Below are positions 20,460 through 30,052 of a stretch of DNA of 43,512 bases, piece by piece. How positions within the stretch are numbered: position 1 is the first letter of the stretch; each line of letters begins with the position of its first letter. The notes below the pieces were generated by a model. That model was not told the origin of the DNA. It was given only the letters and a program-made list of their open reading frames with translations, and did not search any database. The DNA lies in contig CALFYA010000438.1 of NCBI GenBank assembly GCA_937952925.1, positions 1 to 43,512 on the forward strand. The letters are read 5' to 3'. This DNA comes from an uncultured Moraxellaceae bacterium. Its GTDB lineage: Bacteria > Pseudomonadota > Gammaproteobacteria > Pseudomonadales > Moraxellaceae. The position numbers were made by a program, and so were the translations under genes.

Positions 20460-20801
20460 TTAGGCAGAAGGTGGTGATGCATCCGTAGGATGTAAGGCTT
20501 TGGCAGAGGCCGCCGCAGCGGCAGCTGTTGCAGCTTGAACATGACGAGCACGCACTTGCTCAAGCTCTTTATGAAGTCGGCTAATTTCCCAGCGCATTTG
20601 AAATACACGAAAAATCTGTAAGCCAAGCAACAATCCGATCACCACCCCCAAAACGAGGGTGATAATCAGCAACAAGCCCAAATTCATTTCAGGGACTTGA
20701 GTCAACACTAGGTTTACTTTTGCCTGTATGTCATTGAGCAACACCAGCGCAAGTGAATAAGCAAACACCAGTACCAATAAAACAATCAGGATAAAACGCA
20801 T
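20460..20801 (-). CDS. lapA: Lipopolysaccharide assembly protein A (YciS/DUF1049-like), two TM helices
   Basis: A 113-aa ORF. MRFILIVLLVLVFAYSLALVLLN plus a second TM and a basic/coiled tail resemble E. coli LapA. It sits between ihfB and pyrF. Confidence 0.72.
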   Translation of the reverse strand: MRFILIVLLVLVFAYSLALVLLNDIQAKVNLVLTQVPEMNLGLLLIITLVLGVVIGLLLGLQIFRVFQMRWEISRLHKELEQVRARHVQAATAAAAAASAKALHPTDASPPSA

Positions 20802-20837
20802 GATAGGAGTGCGTCTGATCAGCGTAGGCCAACGGCC

Positions 20838-21134
20838 TTAAGCGGATTCGTTGACGGCATCACGCAAAGCTTTACCCGGTTTGAAATGAGGTACCGCTTT
20901 GGCTGCCACTTCTACCGACTCGCCAGTTTTGGGATTACGACCCACTCGTGGCTCACGATAATGTAGTGCAAAGCTACCAAAACCACGAATTTCAATTCGT
21001 TTGCCTGAAGCCAACGATGCGACCATCTGGTCGAGCATGATTTTGACAGAATCTTCAACCAGTTGCTCGTTGAGACCGGCTTGTTGGGTCGCAATACGAG
21101 TGATGAGGTCTGATTTATTTAGTCCAGTGGTCAT
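20838..21134 (-). CDS. ihfB: Integration host factor subunit beta
   Basis: [11 protein letters not shown]...[28 protein letters not shown], directly downstream of rpsA. Confidence 0.96.
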   Translation of the reverse strand: MTTGLNKSDLITRIATQQAGLNEQLVEDSVKIMLDQMVASLASGKRIEIRGFGSFALHYREPRVGRNPKTGESVEVAAKAVPHFKPGKALRDAVNESA

Positions 21135-21170
21135 GCAAATACTCCTTTAGACTCAGGTCAAACAAACTGT

Positions 21171-21201
21171 GAGCATTGGCGGGACTTGCCCGCCAATGCT
21201 C
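21171..21201 (-). terminator. Hairpin terminator/attenuator after rpsA
   Basis: A perfect 13-bp stem, GAGCATTGGCGGG / CCCGCCAATGCTC, with a 5-nt loop. It is followed on the minus strand by acagtttgtttg. Confidence 0.75.
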
Positions 21202-21208
21202 TACCCGC

Positions 21209-22891
21209 TTACTTCATTTGTGCCTTGATCAGGTCACCAATGGTACGTGGGCCGCCATTTGCTTCCTGAGCACTGTTGTTGCGCAGGTTGTTCATTGCTT
21301 CACGCTCTTCAGCTTCATCTTTTGCCTTGATCGACAGGTTGATGCTGCGTGATTTGCGATCCACGTTGATGATTTTGGCTTCGATCTCTTGACCAACAGT
21401 CAGATGCTTGGTGGCATCTTCAACGCGGTCACGGTTGATTTCAGAAGCTTTCAGGGTGCCTTCAATGTCGCCACCGAGGTTCACAGTTGCGCCACGTGCA
21501 TCAACTGCAGTCACAGTACCCTTGACCATGCTGCCACGCTCATGGCTAAACAGGAAGTCATTGAATGGGTCGCTGTTCAGTTGCTTGATGCCGAGGCTGA
21601 TACGGTTGCCTTCAGCGTCAACTGAGAGGATCACTGCATCAACGGTGTCACCTTTCTTGTAACGGCGGATGGCGTCTTCGCCAGCTTCGTTCCAAGAGAT
21701 GTCCGACAAGTGAACCAGACCGTCGATACCACCAGGCAGACCGATGAAGATACCGAAGTCAGTGATTGACTTGATGGTGCCTTGTACTTTCTCGCCTTTT
21801 TCGTGGTTCTTGGCAAACTCTTCCCATGGGTTAGCACGAGTTTGTTTGATGCCCAAGCTGATACGACGACGCTCTTCGTCCACGTCCAATACCATGACAT
21901 TCACTTCGTCGCCAATCTGTACGACTTTTGATGGATGAATGTTTTTGTTGGTATGGTCCATTTCGGAAACGTGTACCAAACCTTCAACGCCTTCAGCGAT
22001 TTCAGCAAAGCAGCCGTAGTCGGTCAGGTTGGTGACGCGAGCTTTGACGATCGAACCTTTTGGATAGCGGCTCATGATTGCCATCCATGGATCTTCGCCC
22101 AATTGCTTGAGGCCGAGGCTCACACGGTTACGCTCACGGTCAAACTTGAGGACTTTAACAGTCACGTCTTGACCGACTTCAACCACTTCGGATGGATGCT
22201 TGATGCGTTTCCATGCCATGTCGGTGATGTGCAGCAAGCCATCGATGCCGCCGAGGTCAACGAATGCGCCGTAGTCGGTGAGGTTTTTGATGGTACCAGT
22301 GACCACTTGACCTTCTTCCAACTTCGACAGCAGCTCTTCACGCTCTGCGGAGCTTTCAGCTTCCATCACTGCGCGACGGCTGACCACAACGTTGTTGCGT
22401 TTGGCATCGAGCTTGATGACTTTGAATTCGAGGTCTTTGCCTTCGAGGTGGGTGGTGTCACGGATTGGACGTGTGTCAACCAACGAACCTGGCAAGAAGG
22501 CACGAACTGGGCCGATATCCACGGTAAAGCCACCTTTGACTTTGCCAGAAATCACGCCAGTCACGATTTCGCCGTCTTCGAAGATTTTTTCGAGTTTAGT
22601 CCAAGTTTCTGCACGCTTGGCTTTCTCGCGTGACAGAACAGTTTGACCCATGCCGTTGTCGAGTGCTTCAACAACCACATCAACGGTGTCGCCAACGGCA
22701 ACTTCGAGTTCGCGTTGTTCGTTGAGGAATTCAGCGCGTGGCACTACGCCTTCTGATTTGAGGCCAGTGTCAACGGTGACCCAGTCGCTATCGATGCTAA
22801 CAACTGTACCTTGGATCACTGCGCCCTTTTCGACGTCGAGTCCTTTACCCTGTAGGCTTTCTTCAAAAAGGGCGGCAAAAGATTCCATCAT
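21209..22891 (-). CDS. rpsA: 30S ribosomal protein S1
   Basis: A 560-aa ORF with [12 protein letters not shown] and six S1 repeats. The start could be the second ATG (22888). Confidence 0.98.
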   Translation of the reverse strand: MMESFAALFEESLQGKGLDVEKGAVIQGTVVSIDSDWVTVDTGLKSEGVVPRAEFLNEQRELEVAVGDTVDVVVEALDNGMGQTVLSREKAKRAETWTKLEKIFEDGEIVTGVISGKVKGGFTVDIGPVRAFLPGSLVDTRPIRDTTHLEGKDLEFKVIKLDAKRNNVVVSRRAVMEAESSAEREELLSKLEEGQVVTGTIKNLTDYGAFVDLGGIDGLLHITDMAWKRIKHPSEVVEVGQDVTVKVLKFDRERNRVSLGLKQLGEDPWMAIMSRYPKGSIVKARVTNLTDYGCFAEIAEGVEGLVHVSEMDHTNKNIHPSKVVQIGDEVNVMVLDVDEERRRISLGIKQTRANPWEEFAKNHEKGEKVQGTIKSITDFGIFIGLPGGIDGLVHLSDISWNEAGEDAIRRYKKGDTVDAVILSVDAEGNRISLGIKQLNSDPFNDFLFSHERGSMVKGTVTAVDARGATVNLGGDIEGTLKASEINRDRVEDATKHLTVGQEIEAKIINVDRKSRSINLSIKAKDEAEEREAMNNLRNNSAQEANGGPRTIGDLIKAQMK

Positions 22892-23004
22892 GTTTTAACC
22901 TGTCGGTATTAACGCCTCAGACCAGTTGAGTGCGGTTTAGTCAGATACAACTTGAGAGCTTGAGTCTGGTCGCTCAGCAGGCTGCATCGTAAAAAAGAAT
23001 CAGA

Positions 23005-23712
23005 TCACGAGATCTGTGCTTGCTCAAGTTGACGATCAGTGTACTCAATCATCATGCTGAGTACGTCATCAATGCCAATGGCTGAGCTATCGATCTGATA
23101 CGCATCATCAGCCGGCTTGAGTGGAGCAATGGTACGCTCCATATCACGGCGATCACGCGCAACCAGATCGGATAAAATGTCGTCCATGCTAGCATTGATT
23201 CCCATCCCCTGCAACTGACGGACGCGTCGTGTGGCACGCGCTTCTGCACTTGCTGTGAGATAGATTTTGACAGGCGCATCCATAAAGACCACCGTGCCCA
23301 TATCGCGACCATCTGCAATCAAACCCGGTGCTTGGGCAAAATCACGTTGACGACACAGCAGTGCTTCACGCACTTCAGGAATCACTGCAACTTTGGATGC
23401 CAATGCGCCAACTGCTTCGGTACGAATGGTATCACCCACATCTTGACCGTTGAGGCGAATGCTCAGGCGTTGTTGCTCATCTGGAATAAACTCGATATCA
23501 AGACCACGCGCCAGCTCAGCCACCGCATGCGTATCGAGCGGGGTTTGTGCAAACAGACCTGCCTGCTCTGCTGCCAATCCCAACAATCGATAAAGCGCGC
23601 CCGAATCGAGCAAATGAAACCCATAATGTACAGCGAGTTTTGCCGCTAAGGTTCCTTTACCCGATCCACTTGGCCCATCAATGGTGATTACAACACTATT
23701 TTTCATCATCAT
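23005..23712 (-). CDS. cmk: Cytidylate kinase
   Basis: [13 protein letters not shown] is the P-loop. It shows cmk-rpsA synteny. Confidence 0.96.
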   Translation of the reverse strand: MMMKNSVVITIDGPSGSGKGTLAAKLAVHYGFHLLDSGALYRLLGLAAEQAGLFAQTPLDTHAVAELARGLDIEFIPDEQQRLSIRLNGQDVGDTIRTEAVGALASKVAVIPEVREALLCRQRDFAQAPGLIADGRDMGTVVFMDAPVKIYLTASAEARATRRVRQLQGMGINASMDDILSDLVARDRRDMERTIAPLKPADDAYQIDSSAIGIDDVLSMMIEYTDRQLEQAQIS

Positions 23713-24134
23713 GCTCGTGCTAAACGTGCCAATCCAACACGTAAAGCGATCTGTAAACTGCTTAATACGACAGGCGCTAATAGTGGTACGGCACTATCAA
23801 GCTCAATGTAGTAGTCAACAATCGTGCCAGCGCCATCAGGGGTAAACGTCATCCGTCCCAAATGGTTTTTGACTGGCGTTTTGCTGATCAGTTTGTACTC
23901 AATCAGACGATTAGTTTCAATGGCGGTAATTTGCTCGGCGATGGGCTTGATCGGCCCTAAGCCCATATGACGCACGGAGCCGACGCCATCGAGATGCTGT
24001 GGATCGGCAGCATCTTGGGTACGCACGACTTGCAACGGCCAAAACAAGCGATTGAGTTTGTCATGGGTATCGAACAGGGCAAACACCTGCTCAGTTGGTT
24101 GATTAAAACGTTGACGTACACGAATTGAACGCAT
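23709..24134 (-). CDS. SRPBCC (START/polyketide cyclase-like) family protein
   Basis: About 141 aa when started at ATG 24134 (GGAAG upstream). The size and alternating beta pattern with a C-terminal helix fit SRPBCC. There is a 4-nt overlap with cmk. The family call is soft. Confidence 0.6.
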   Translation of the reverse strand: MRSIRVRQRFNQPTEQVFALFDTHDKLNRLFWPLQVVRTQDAADPQHLDGVGSVRHMGLGPIKPIAEQITAIETNRLIEYKLISKTPVKNHLGRMTFTPDGAGTIVDYYIELDSAVPLLAPVVLSSLQIALRVGLARLARA

Positions 24135-24237
24135 GATAGTCTTCCCAAAATTGATTGGCGCAAGCCTAACATGCACTGCGCCAGCGATGACGGACAGCCG
24201 ACAACTTCACTTTAAAATGTCGGACAATTCATTCAAA

Positions 24238-24726
24238 TTATCGAACGTGTGCCACAAAATTGCAGGGCTTGGTACCCGCATCAAGTTGTGGCCCCAAAAT
24301 ATTGATCCACGCCGTTTTGCAGGCATTGGTCGAACCAGGGACGCAGAAGATCAGGGTGCGGTTTGCCATGCCTGCTAGTGCACGTGATTGCAAGGTGCTT
24401 GTACCAATTTCATGCAATGAGAAATGGCGGAATAACTCCCCAAACCCTTCAACATGTTTATCAAACAGCACACTCAAGGCTTCGGGGGTGCTATCACGCC
24501 CTGAAAATCCTGTACCGCCCGTGGTCAAAATCACCTGTACATCCGGATTGGCAATCCATGTCGACACCACCGCACGCAATTGATAGACATCATCTTTGAC
24601 GATTTGGCGATCTGCCAAGTGATGCCCTGCCCCTTGCAATGCATCCACCAAATATTGACCTGATGTGTCGGTGTCGAGCGTGCGTGTATCCGATACGGTC
24701 AACACCGCAATATTTAAACCACTCAT
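24238..24726 (-). CDS. moaB: Molybdenum cofactor biosynthesis protein B (MoaB/MogA fold)
   Basis: IAVLTVSDTR...ILTTGGTGFSGRDSTPEA...PGSTNACK motifs. Confidence 0.9.
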   Translation of the reverse strand: MSGLNIAVLTVSDTRTLDTDTSGQYLVDALQGAGHHLADRQIVKDDVYQLRAVVSTWIANPDVQVILTTGGTGFSGRDSTPEALSVLFDKHVEGFGELFRHFSLHEIGTSTLQSRALAGMANRTLIFCVPGSTNACKTAWINILGPQLDAGTKPCNFVAHVR

Positions 24727-25235
24727 GATTGATCCGTAAGTTGTGTCGCTTTTTGGCGACGTTGTCGAAAAAACTGTTGAAGCATCTGCTTACTTTGGGC
24801 TTCAAGCAGGCCACCACGATAGGTAAAATAATGATTGTAGAAACCCTGCTGCATGAGCTGGCGTGCACTGATCAATGAACCTGCGCGTGGCTCGGTTGCT
24901 GCAAAGATCACCTGCGCCACCCGTGCATGCACCAATGCCCCGACACATTGCGTGCAGGGTTCTAGCGTGACATACAGTGTGGTGTGCTCAGGGAGTCGAT
25001 AGTTTTGCAACTGTTGGCAAGCGTGTCGGATCGCAACGATCTCAGCATGAGCAGTGGGATCATGGGTACTGATCGGCTGATTGTACCCTTCACCAATCAC
25101 CTTTCCCTCACACACCAACACCGCACCCACAGGGACTTCACCTTGCTGTGCGGCTTGCTCAGCAAGCTGTAGTGCACGCTGCATCCATTGCTCATCTGCT
25201 GAGTCAACAGCAACCGATGCAGCATCGATCAACAC
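24723..25235 (-). CDS. tadA: tRNA adenosine(34) deaminase
   Basis: WMQRALQLAEQAAQQGEVPVGAVLV...HAEIVAI...LEPCTQCVGAL is the CDA zinc motif. The start is GTG. There is a 4-nt overlap with moaB. Confidence 0.93.
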   Translation of the reverse strand: MLIDAASVAVDSADEQWMQRALQLAEQAAQQGEVPVGAVLVCEGKVIGEGYNQPISTHDPTAHAEIVAIRHACQQLQNYRLPEHTTLYVTLEPCTQCVGALVHARVAQVIFAATEPRAGSLISARQLMQQGFYNHYFTYRGGLLEAQSKQMLQQFFRQRRQKATQLTDQS

Positions 25236-25238
25236 GGC

Positions 25239-26369
25239 TTAAATCACCGCATATTGCTTGAGGATGGCTTGCCACGACGCAGAGTCAGCCATAGGCACTT
25301 CACCCAAAGCGGTCTTGAGGTCATCAAACTGTTGGGCTTGCCAATGTGGGGTCAGGTCTTTATCAACCAAACGGGCGCGCACGCCTTCGACAAAATCAGG
25401 ATGACGGATTTTCCAACTCGCCAAGGCTTGCTCAAGTGCAAACACGTCTTGCCACGAGGGTTGATGTTGGGTTGCCCATTGCCAGAGTAACCATGTCAAG
25501 GCAGCGGTCGATGGACAGCCTTGCTTGAGATTGTCGCCCGCTTGGCGTAGCCAATCGCTGCGTGCATCACTCAGGGTCAAAATCGCTTGGTAGTCGCGCA
25601 TAAAATCTTCGCCACGACACACACTATGGATCACATCGAGCGAATCTTGTAGAGGCCCTGAAGAGAGCGGACGGTGCAACTCATCGAGGGTGTCGTCAAT
25701 GGCGCGAAAATCCCCCGCCGAATAATCTGCCCACGGAATATTGATCAAGCGCGATAACACTTGATCACGCGGTGTACCACTGATATGGGTTGCCCAACCG
25801 ATGGTATATGCACCTGACGCGCCCATAATTGCACCGGTCAGACCCAAAAATAGACCTATTGCACCACGTGCTGCCAAGAAACGCGTACCGCCAACATCAG
25901 GGTACAAACCAATGTTGATTTCAGGCATCGCTAAACGTGATTCGGGCGTCACCAATCGGAAAGGTGCAGCCATAAACAGCCCCATGCCACCACCCATGAT
26001 GTAGCCTTCACCCCAGACCACAACCGGTTTGGCGTATTCGTGTAGCAACAAATCGAGTTTATATTCTTCGGCAAAGAAGCCATCAGCTTGTGGTGCATCC
26101 CCATCGATCACCATTTGGCGCAATTTGCGCACATCCCCACCCGCGCAAAACGCTTTTGGTGTGGTGCTATCCAGCCAAACCGCTCGTGTCTGCTCATCGG
26201 TAGCCAGCTGTGTAAACACATCAGCCAAGGCTGTTGCCAATGACTCATCAAGTGCGTGCAATGATTTGGGGCGGTTGAGACGCACCAGCGTCCAGCCATT
26301 TTGAGCACGTTCGACCACCAGATCAGGATGGTCATTGAGGGATAATGGGGTGGTGTCCAGTGAGTACAT
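25239..26369 (-). CDS. Enoyl-CoA hydratase/isomerase superfamily, 3-hydroxyisobutyryl-CoA hydrolase-like
   Basis: A 376-aa ORF. LNRPKSLHALD...FCAGGDVR...GYIMGGGMGL...RLAMPEINIGLYPDVGG, plus the long C-terminal extension typical of HIBYL-CoA hydrolases. Confidence 0.85.
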   Translation of the reverse strand: MYSLDTTPLSLNDHPDLVVERAQNGWTLVRLNRPKSLHALDESLATALADVFTQLATDEQTRAVWLDSTTPKAFCAGGDVRKLRQMVIDGDAPQADGFFAEEYKLDLLLHEYAKPVVVWGEGYIMGGGMGLFMAAPFRLVTPESRLAMPEINIGLYPDVGGTRFLAARGAIGLFLGLTGAIMGASGAYTIGWATHISGTPRDQVLSRLINIPWADYSAGDFRAIDDTLDELHRPLSSGPLQDSLDVIHSVCRGEDFMRDYQAILTLSDARSDWLRQAGDNLKQGCPSTAALTWLLWQWATQHQPSWQDVFALEQALASWKIRHPDFVEGVRARLVDKDLTPHWQAQQFDDLKTALGEVPMADSASWQAILKQYAVI

Positions 26370-27088
26370 TATGCGTCCAGTTGCCAGTCAATCGGCGCTT
26401 TGCCATGTTGAGTGAGATATTGATTGGCGCGTGAAAACACACGACAACCAAAAAATCCGCCACGATTGGCTGCCAAGGGTGACGGATGTGCTGCTTTGAG
26501 AATCAGATGCTTTTCGGGGTCAATGCGCTGCCCTTTTTTCTGAGCATACGATCCCCACAGGATAAACACAGTATGTTGGGTTTGTCGATTGAGGACATCA
26601 ATCACCGCATCGGTAAACTGCTCCCAGCCTTGCCCTTGATGCGAGGTCGGCTGGCCTTGCGCGACGGTCAATACACTGTTGAGCAACAATACGCCCTGTT
26701 CTGCCCAACGGGTGAGATCACCATGCGGTGCAGCGGGCACGCCCAAATCAGTCGCCAATTCATGAAAAATATTGCGCAGTGAAGGCGGCAGCGGAATGCT
26801 TTTTTGTACCGAAAACGCCAAGCCATTAGCTTGCATGGGGCCATGATAGGGATCTTGTCCCAAAATCACCACTTTAACCTGATTTAGCGGCGTCAATGTA
26901 AATGCATTAAAAATGAGTGGATTGGGCGGATAAACCGTTTGGCCTTCTTCTTGTTTGCTTTTGATAAATTGGCGTAGGTTCTGAAACGATGGGCTGATCA
27001 GATGATCGGTCAACGCCGCTTTCCAGCTCGGTTCCAACCGCACACGCGCCAACATTTGCTCACGACTTTCAGCTATTGGTGCACTCAT
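26369..27088 (-). CDS. ung: Uracil-DNA glycosylase
   Basis: VVILGQDPYHGPMQANGLAFSV...HPSPLAANRGGFFGC. Start at ATG 27088 (GGAGGAG upstream). The stop overlaps the next ATG by 1 nt (TAATG). Confidence 0.95.
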   Translation of the reverse strand: MSAPIAESREQMLARVRLEPSWKAALTDHLISPSFQNLRQFIKSKQEEGQTVYPPNPLIFNAFTLTPLNQVKVVILGQDPYHGPMQANGLAFSVQKSIPLPPSLRNIFHELATDLGVPAAPHGDLTRWAEQGVLLLNSVLTVAQGQPTSHQGQGWEQFTDAVIDVLNRQTQHTVFILWGSYAQKKGQRIDPEKHLILKAAHPSPLAANRGGFFGCRVFSRANQYLTQHGKAPIDWQLDA

Positions 27089-27232
27089 CAACCGATTCTC
27101 CTCCGCCCCTAAAGCATCTTGCGGGGTCTGAGCATAACATGATGGTTGTACTCTGGAACGTTCACATGTCATAACTTGACGAGATTTTGGGCTTTTGTCA
27201 CCCTGAGCGCGTTGAAACTTTGGAGCAATGGA

Positions 27233-27565
27233 ATGTTGAACCGTATCGCATTCGCCGTGTTGATGATGTTGCCGCTGTCGTTGACATGGGCAACCGACAC
27301 CGCGTCTGAATCTACCCCAATTATTAAAGATATTGCCAAACCCACCATGGCGCTACCGACTGCAGGCATGAGCATGGCGAGCGTGACGCAAAAATTCGGT
27401 GCACCCAAAACCAAACATGCCGCGATTGGCAAACCGCCCATCACACAGTGGGATTATGAGCAGTTTTCGGTCTATTTTGAGTATAGCCATGTGGTGCATA
27501 GCATCCAGCGCATGAACTTGCCCGAAAAAGTCACCGTGATTATTGAACAACCACAATCACCATAG
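27233..27565 (+). CDS. Small secreted/periplasmic protein of unknown function
   Basis: Start at ATG 27233 with GGAG 7 nt upstream. The signal peptide is MLNRIAFAVLMMLPLSLTWA. The conserved-looking core is GKPPITQWDYEQFSVYFEYSHVVHS. Confidence 0.65.
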   Translation: MLNRIAFAVLMMLPLSLTWATDTASESTPIIKDIAKPTMALPTAGMSMASVTQKFGAPKTKHAAIGKPPITQWDYEQFSVYFEYSHVVHSIQRMNLPEKVTVIIEQPQSP

Positions 27566-27761
27566 TTGGAGGCAGGCCATACGCATCTACAGCTCTTTCA
27601 TCGTGATGGCCTGCTTGCTTTGATCATGAAAAACCGTCGTGTGCAATATGAAGAACGCTACTTGCTTGGCGTGCGTTTTCGTGATGGTTTGAGCTACTTT
27701 GCCATGTTTAAATCTTCTTTAGGATTTTTTAATTTTTCTTAGGCTATTTTTGCATGTATTC

Positions 27762-27791
27762 AAAAAAGCCCTGAAGAAATTCAGGGCTTTT
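27762..27791 (-). terminator. Rho-independent terminator after tyrA::aroA (also usable from the plus strand)
   Basis: aaaaaAGCCCTGAA gaaa TTCAGGGCTttt. On the minus strand the 9-bp stem is followed by TTTTTT. Confidence 0.88.
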
Positions 27792-27796
27792 GCGAC

Positions 27797-30052
27797 TTAA
27801 TCAGCCGTTTGGACAGTCAAACTCAACCCTGCTTGCTGCGCGAGCGTCACAAAATTGGGGAAGCTAGTCGCCACGGTTTCGGTACCGTGAATGACAATCT
27901 TGCCGCTGGTGCGCAATGACGCCATCGCAAAGCTCATGGCAATCCGGTGATCGTGGTGGGTTTGGATCTCGCCACCACCAAAAATCGGCGCATTGGAGCC
28001 TTGGACGCCTTTGCCATTGATAATCATGCCATCTGGTGTCGGCGTGCAATCAATGCCCAAAATCTGGAGGCCATCAGCCATCACCTGAATCCGATCAGAC
28101 TCTTTGACGCGCAGCTCAGCCGCACCGGTCAGCACAGTCTGCCCTTCTGCACAGGCCGCCGCAATAAAGATTGCGGGGAACTCATCAATCGCGAGCGGCA
28201 CTTGATCTTCAGGGATATGAATGCCTTTGAGGGTATTGGCCTTGATGCGGATATCCGCCACTGGCTCGCCACCCGCCATCGCTTGATTTTCGAGGGTGAT
28301 ATCTGCGCCCATTTGACGCAAAATTTCGAGTACACCAGTACGGGTTGGATTGATCCCCACTTGACGCAACGTCACGTCTGAACCTGCCGAAATCGCCGCA
28401 CCGACCATAAAGAAAGCCGCCGATGAAATATCGGCTGGGACTTGGATATCGGTTGCGGTCAACTTACCACCACCCTGTAAGCTCACCACATTGCCATTGA
28501 CCTGCACATCATAACCAAATGCACGCAGCATGCGCTCGCTATGATCGCGGGTTGGCTCTGGCTCAACCACCGTGGTGGTGCCTTCTGCCCACAGACCGGC
28601 CAACAAAATGCCCGATTTGACTTGCGCAGAGGCCATGGGCAAATCGTAATGAATCCCCTTGAGCGCTTGACTGCCTTTGATGCTCACCGGTGGCGTACCA
28701 CGCTCGCCGGTGGTTTGGATTTGTGCACCCATCAAGCGGAGTGGTTTGGCAATCCGTTCCATCGGACGCTTGGTCAACGACGGATCGCCAGTGAGTACCG
28801 TATCAAACTGTTGCGCCGCCAAAATGCCCGACAGCAAGCGCATACTCGTCCCTGAATTGCCCATATACAGCGGTGCACCGCCCACCGGTGGCTTTAAGCC
28901 ATGCAGCCCCACACCATGAATGGTCACTTCGCCGTTTTTAGGCCCTTCGATCACCACGCCCATGTCGCGGAAGGCCTGCAAGGTCGCCAGCGCATCTTCC
29001 CCTTCCAAAAAGCCGGTTACGTGTGTCACCCCTTCTGCCAACGCACCAAACATAATCGAGCGGTGCGATACCGATTTGTCGCCAGGGATGGACAGGCTGC
29101 CCGACAATGGGCCGCCAGCTTCAAGAGTAAATTGCTGGGTCACAGTGGTGGTTTCCATATAAGGGGTTTTGGCAAGCATGTGGGTAAAATGCTGACGCGC
29201 AGCTTGCGCACGGGTCAACATGCCAATCAATGGCTCAGAATGTTGATCAACGATCAGTTGTTTAAGCTGTTTGAGCTGGTCTTCAAAGGCTTCAACTGCT
29301 GCAAGTACCGATTCACGATTGGCCATAAATATGTCATGCCACATGATCGGATCACTCGCCGCAATCCGTGTAAAGTCGCGTAGACCGCCCGCAGCATAAC
29401 GGAAAATATCCAGATTATTGCTATGGCTTGCCAACTGCTCCACCAAGGTAAACGCCAGCAAATGCGGCAAATGACTGGTCTGCGCCAAAATAGCGTCATG
29501 CCGCTCGACGGTCATGGTCAGCACATCAGCTTGTGCTGCACGCCACATCTGGGTGACTTTTGCCACAGCCGCAGGATCACTGCTCGGCAACGGGGTGATA
29601 ATCACTTTGTGATGGGCAAATAACTCCGCATGGCCTGCATGCACGCCAGTTTTCTCACCACCTGCGATGGGATGCGCGGGCACAAACCCTGCGGGCAACA
29701 CATCGCCAAACACCGCATGCGCTGCGGCAACCACATTGCCCTTGGTGCTACCCACATCGGTGATGATGGTATGTGCGCCAATCACTGGTGCAATCGCAGT
29801 CAAGACCGCCTGTGTGGCACAGACCGGCATTGCCAAGACAATCAAATCAGCCCCATCGGCGGCTTCTACAGGATCACGATAGCCTTGATCAATCACGCCC
29901 AAAAACTGCGCTTCTTCAAGGGTGCGCCGCGAACGGGCGCTCGCCACAATGCTCTCCGCCAAACCTTTGGCACGCAGTACCCGCGCAAGGCTTGAACCGA
30001 TCAAGCCCAGACCAATAAAGGCGACTTTGCCAAACACAGGCTCGGCTTTCAT
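27797..30052 (-). CDS. aroA: Bifunctional prephenate/cyclohexadienyl dehydrogenase (TyrA) and 3-phosphoshikimate 1-carboxyvinyltransferase (AroA)
   Basis: A 751-aa ORF. The N-terminal third has a Rossmann motif, VAFIGLGLIGSS, and a TyrA core. The C-terminal 440 aa have the EPSP synthase motifs PGDKSVSHR, LYMGNSGTSMRLL and ELRVKESDRI. Confidence 0.96.
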   Translation of the reverse strand: MKAEPVFGKVAFIGLGLIGSSLARVLRAKGLAESIVASARSRRTLEEAQFLGVIDQGYRDPVEAADGADLIVLAMPVCATQAVLTAIAPVIGAHTIITDVGSTKGNVVAAAHAVFGDVLPAGFVPAHPIAGGEKTGVHAGHAELFAHHKVIITPLPSSDPAAVAKVTQMWRAAQADVLTMTVERHDAILAQTSHLPHLLAFTLVEQLASHSNNLDIFRYAAGGLRDFTRIAASDPIMWHDIFMANRESVLAAVEAFEDQLKQLKQLIVDQHSEPLIGMLTRAQAARQHFTHMLAKTPYMETTTVTQQFTLEAGGPLSGSLSIPGDKSVSHRSIMFGALAEGVTHVTGFLEGEDALATLQAFRDMGVVIEGPKNGEVTIHGVGLHGLKPPVGGAPLYMGNSGTSMRLLSGILAAQQFDTVLTGDPSLTKRPMERIAKPLRLMGAQIQTTGERGTPPVSIKGSQALKGIHYDLPMASAQVKSGILLAGLWAEGTTTVVEPEPTRDHSERMLRAFGYDVQVNGNVVSLQGGGKLTATDIQVPADISSAAFFMVGAAISAGSDVTLRQVGINPTRTGVLEILRQMGADITLENQAMAGGEPVADIRIKANTLKGIHIPEDQVPLAIDEFPAIFIAAACAEGQTVLTGAAELRVKESDRIQVMADGLQILGIDCTPTPDGMIINGKGVQGSNAPIFGGGEIQTHHDHRIAMSFAMASLRTSGKIVIHGTETVATSFPNFVTLAQQAGLSLTVQTAD

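Noticed and set aside
21935-22633. 232-aa plus-strand ORF antisense to rpsA
   Set aside because: It lies completely within the highly conserved S1 gene. Its product is compositionally odd (rich in F, D, V and H), which is a typical shadow ORF of a codon-biased gene.
27626-27742. 38-codon ORF (MKNRRVQYEERYLLGVRFRDGLSYFAMFKSSLGFFNFS) in the spacer after the small secreted-protein gene
   Set aside because: It has no SD and no hydrophobic or signal features, and it is AT-rich at the 3' end. It is most likely noncoding.
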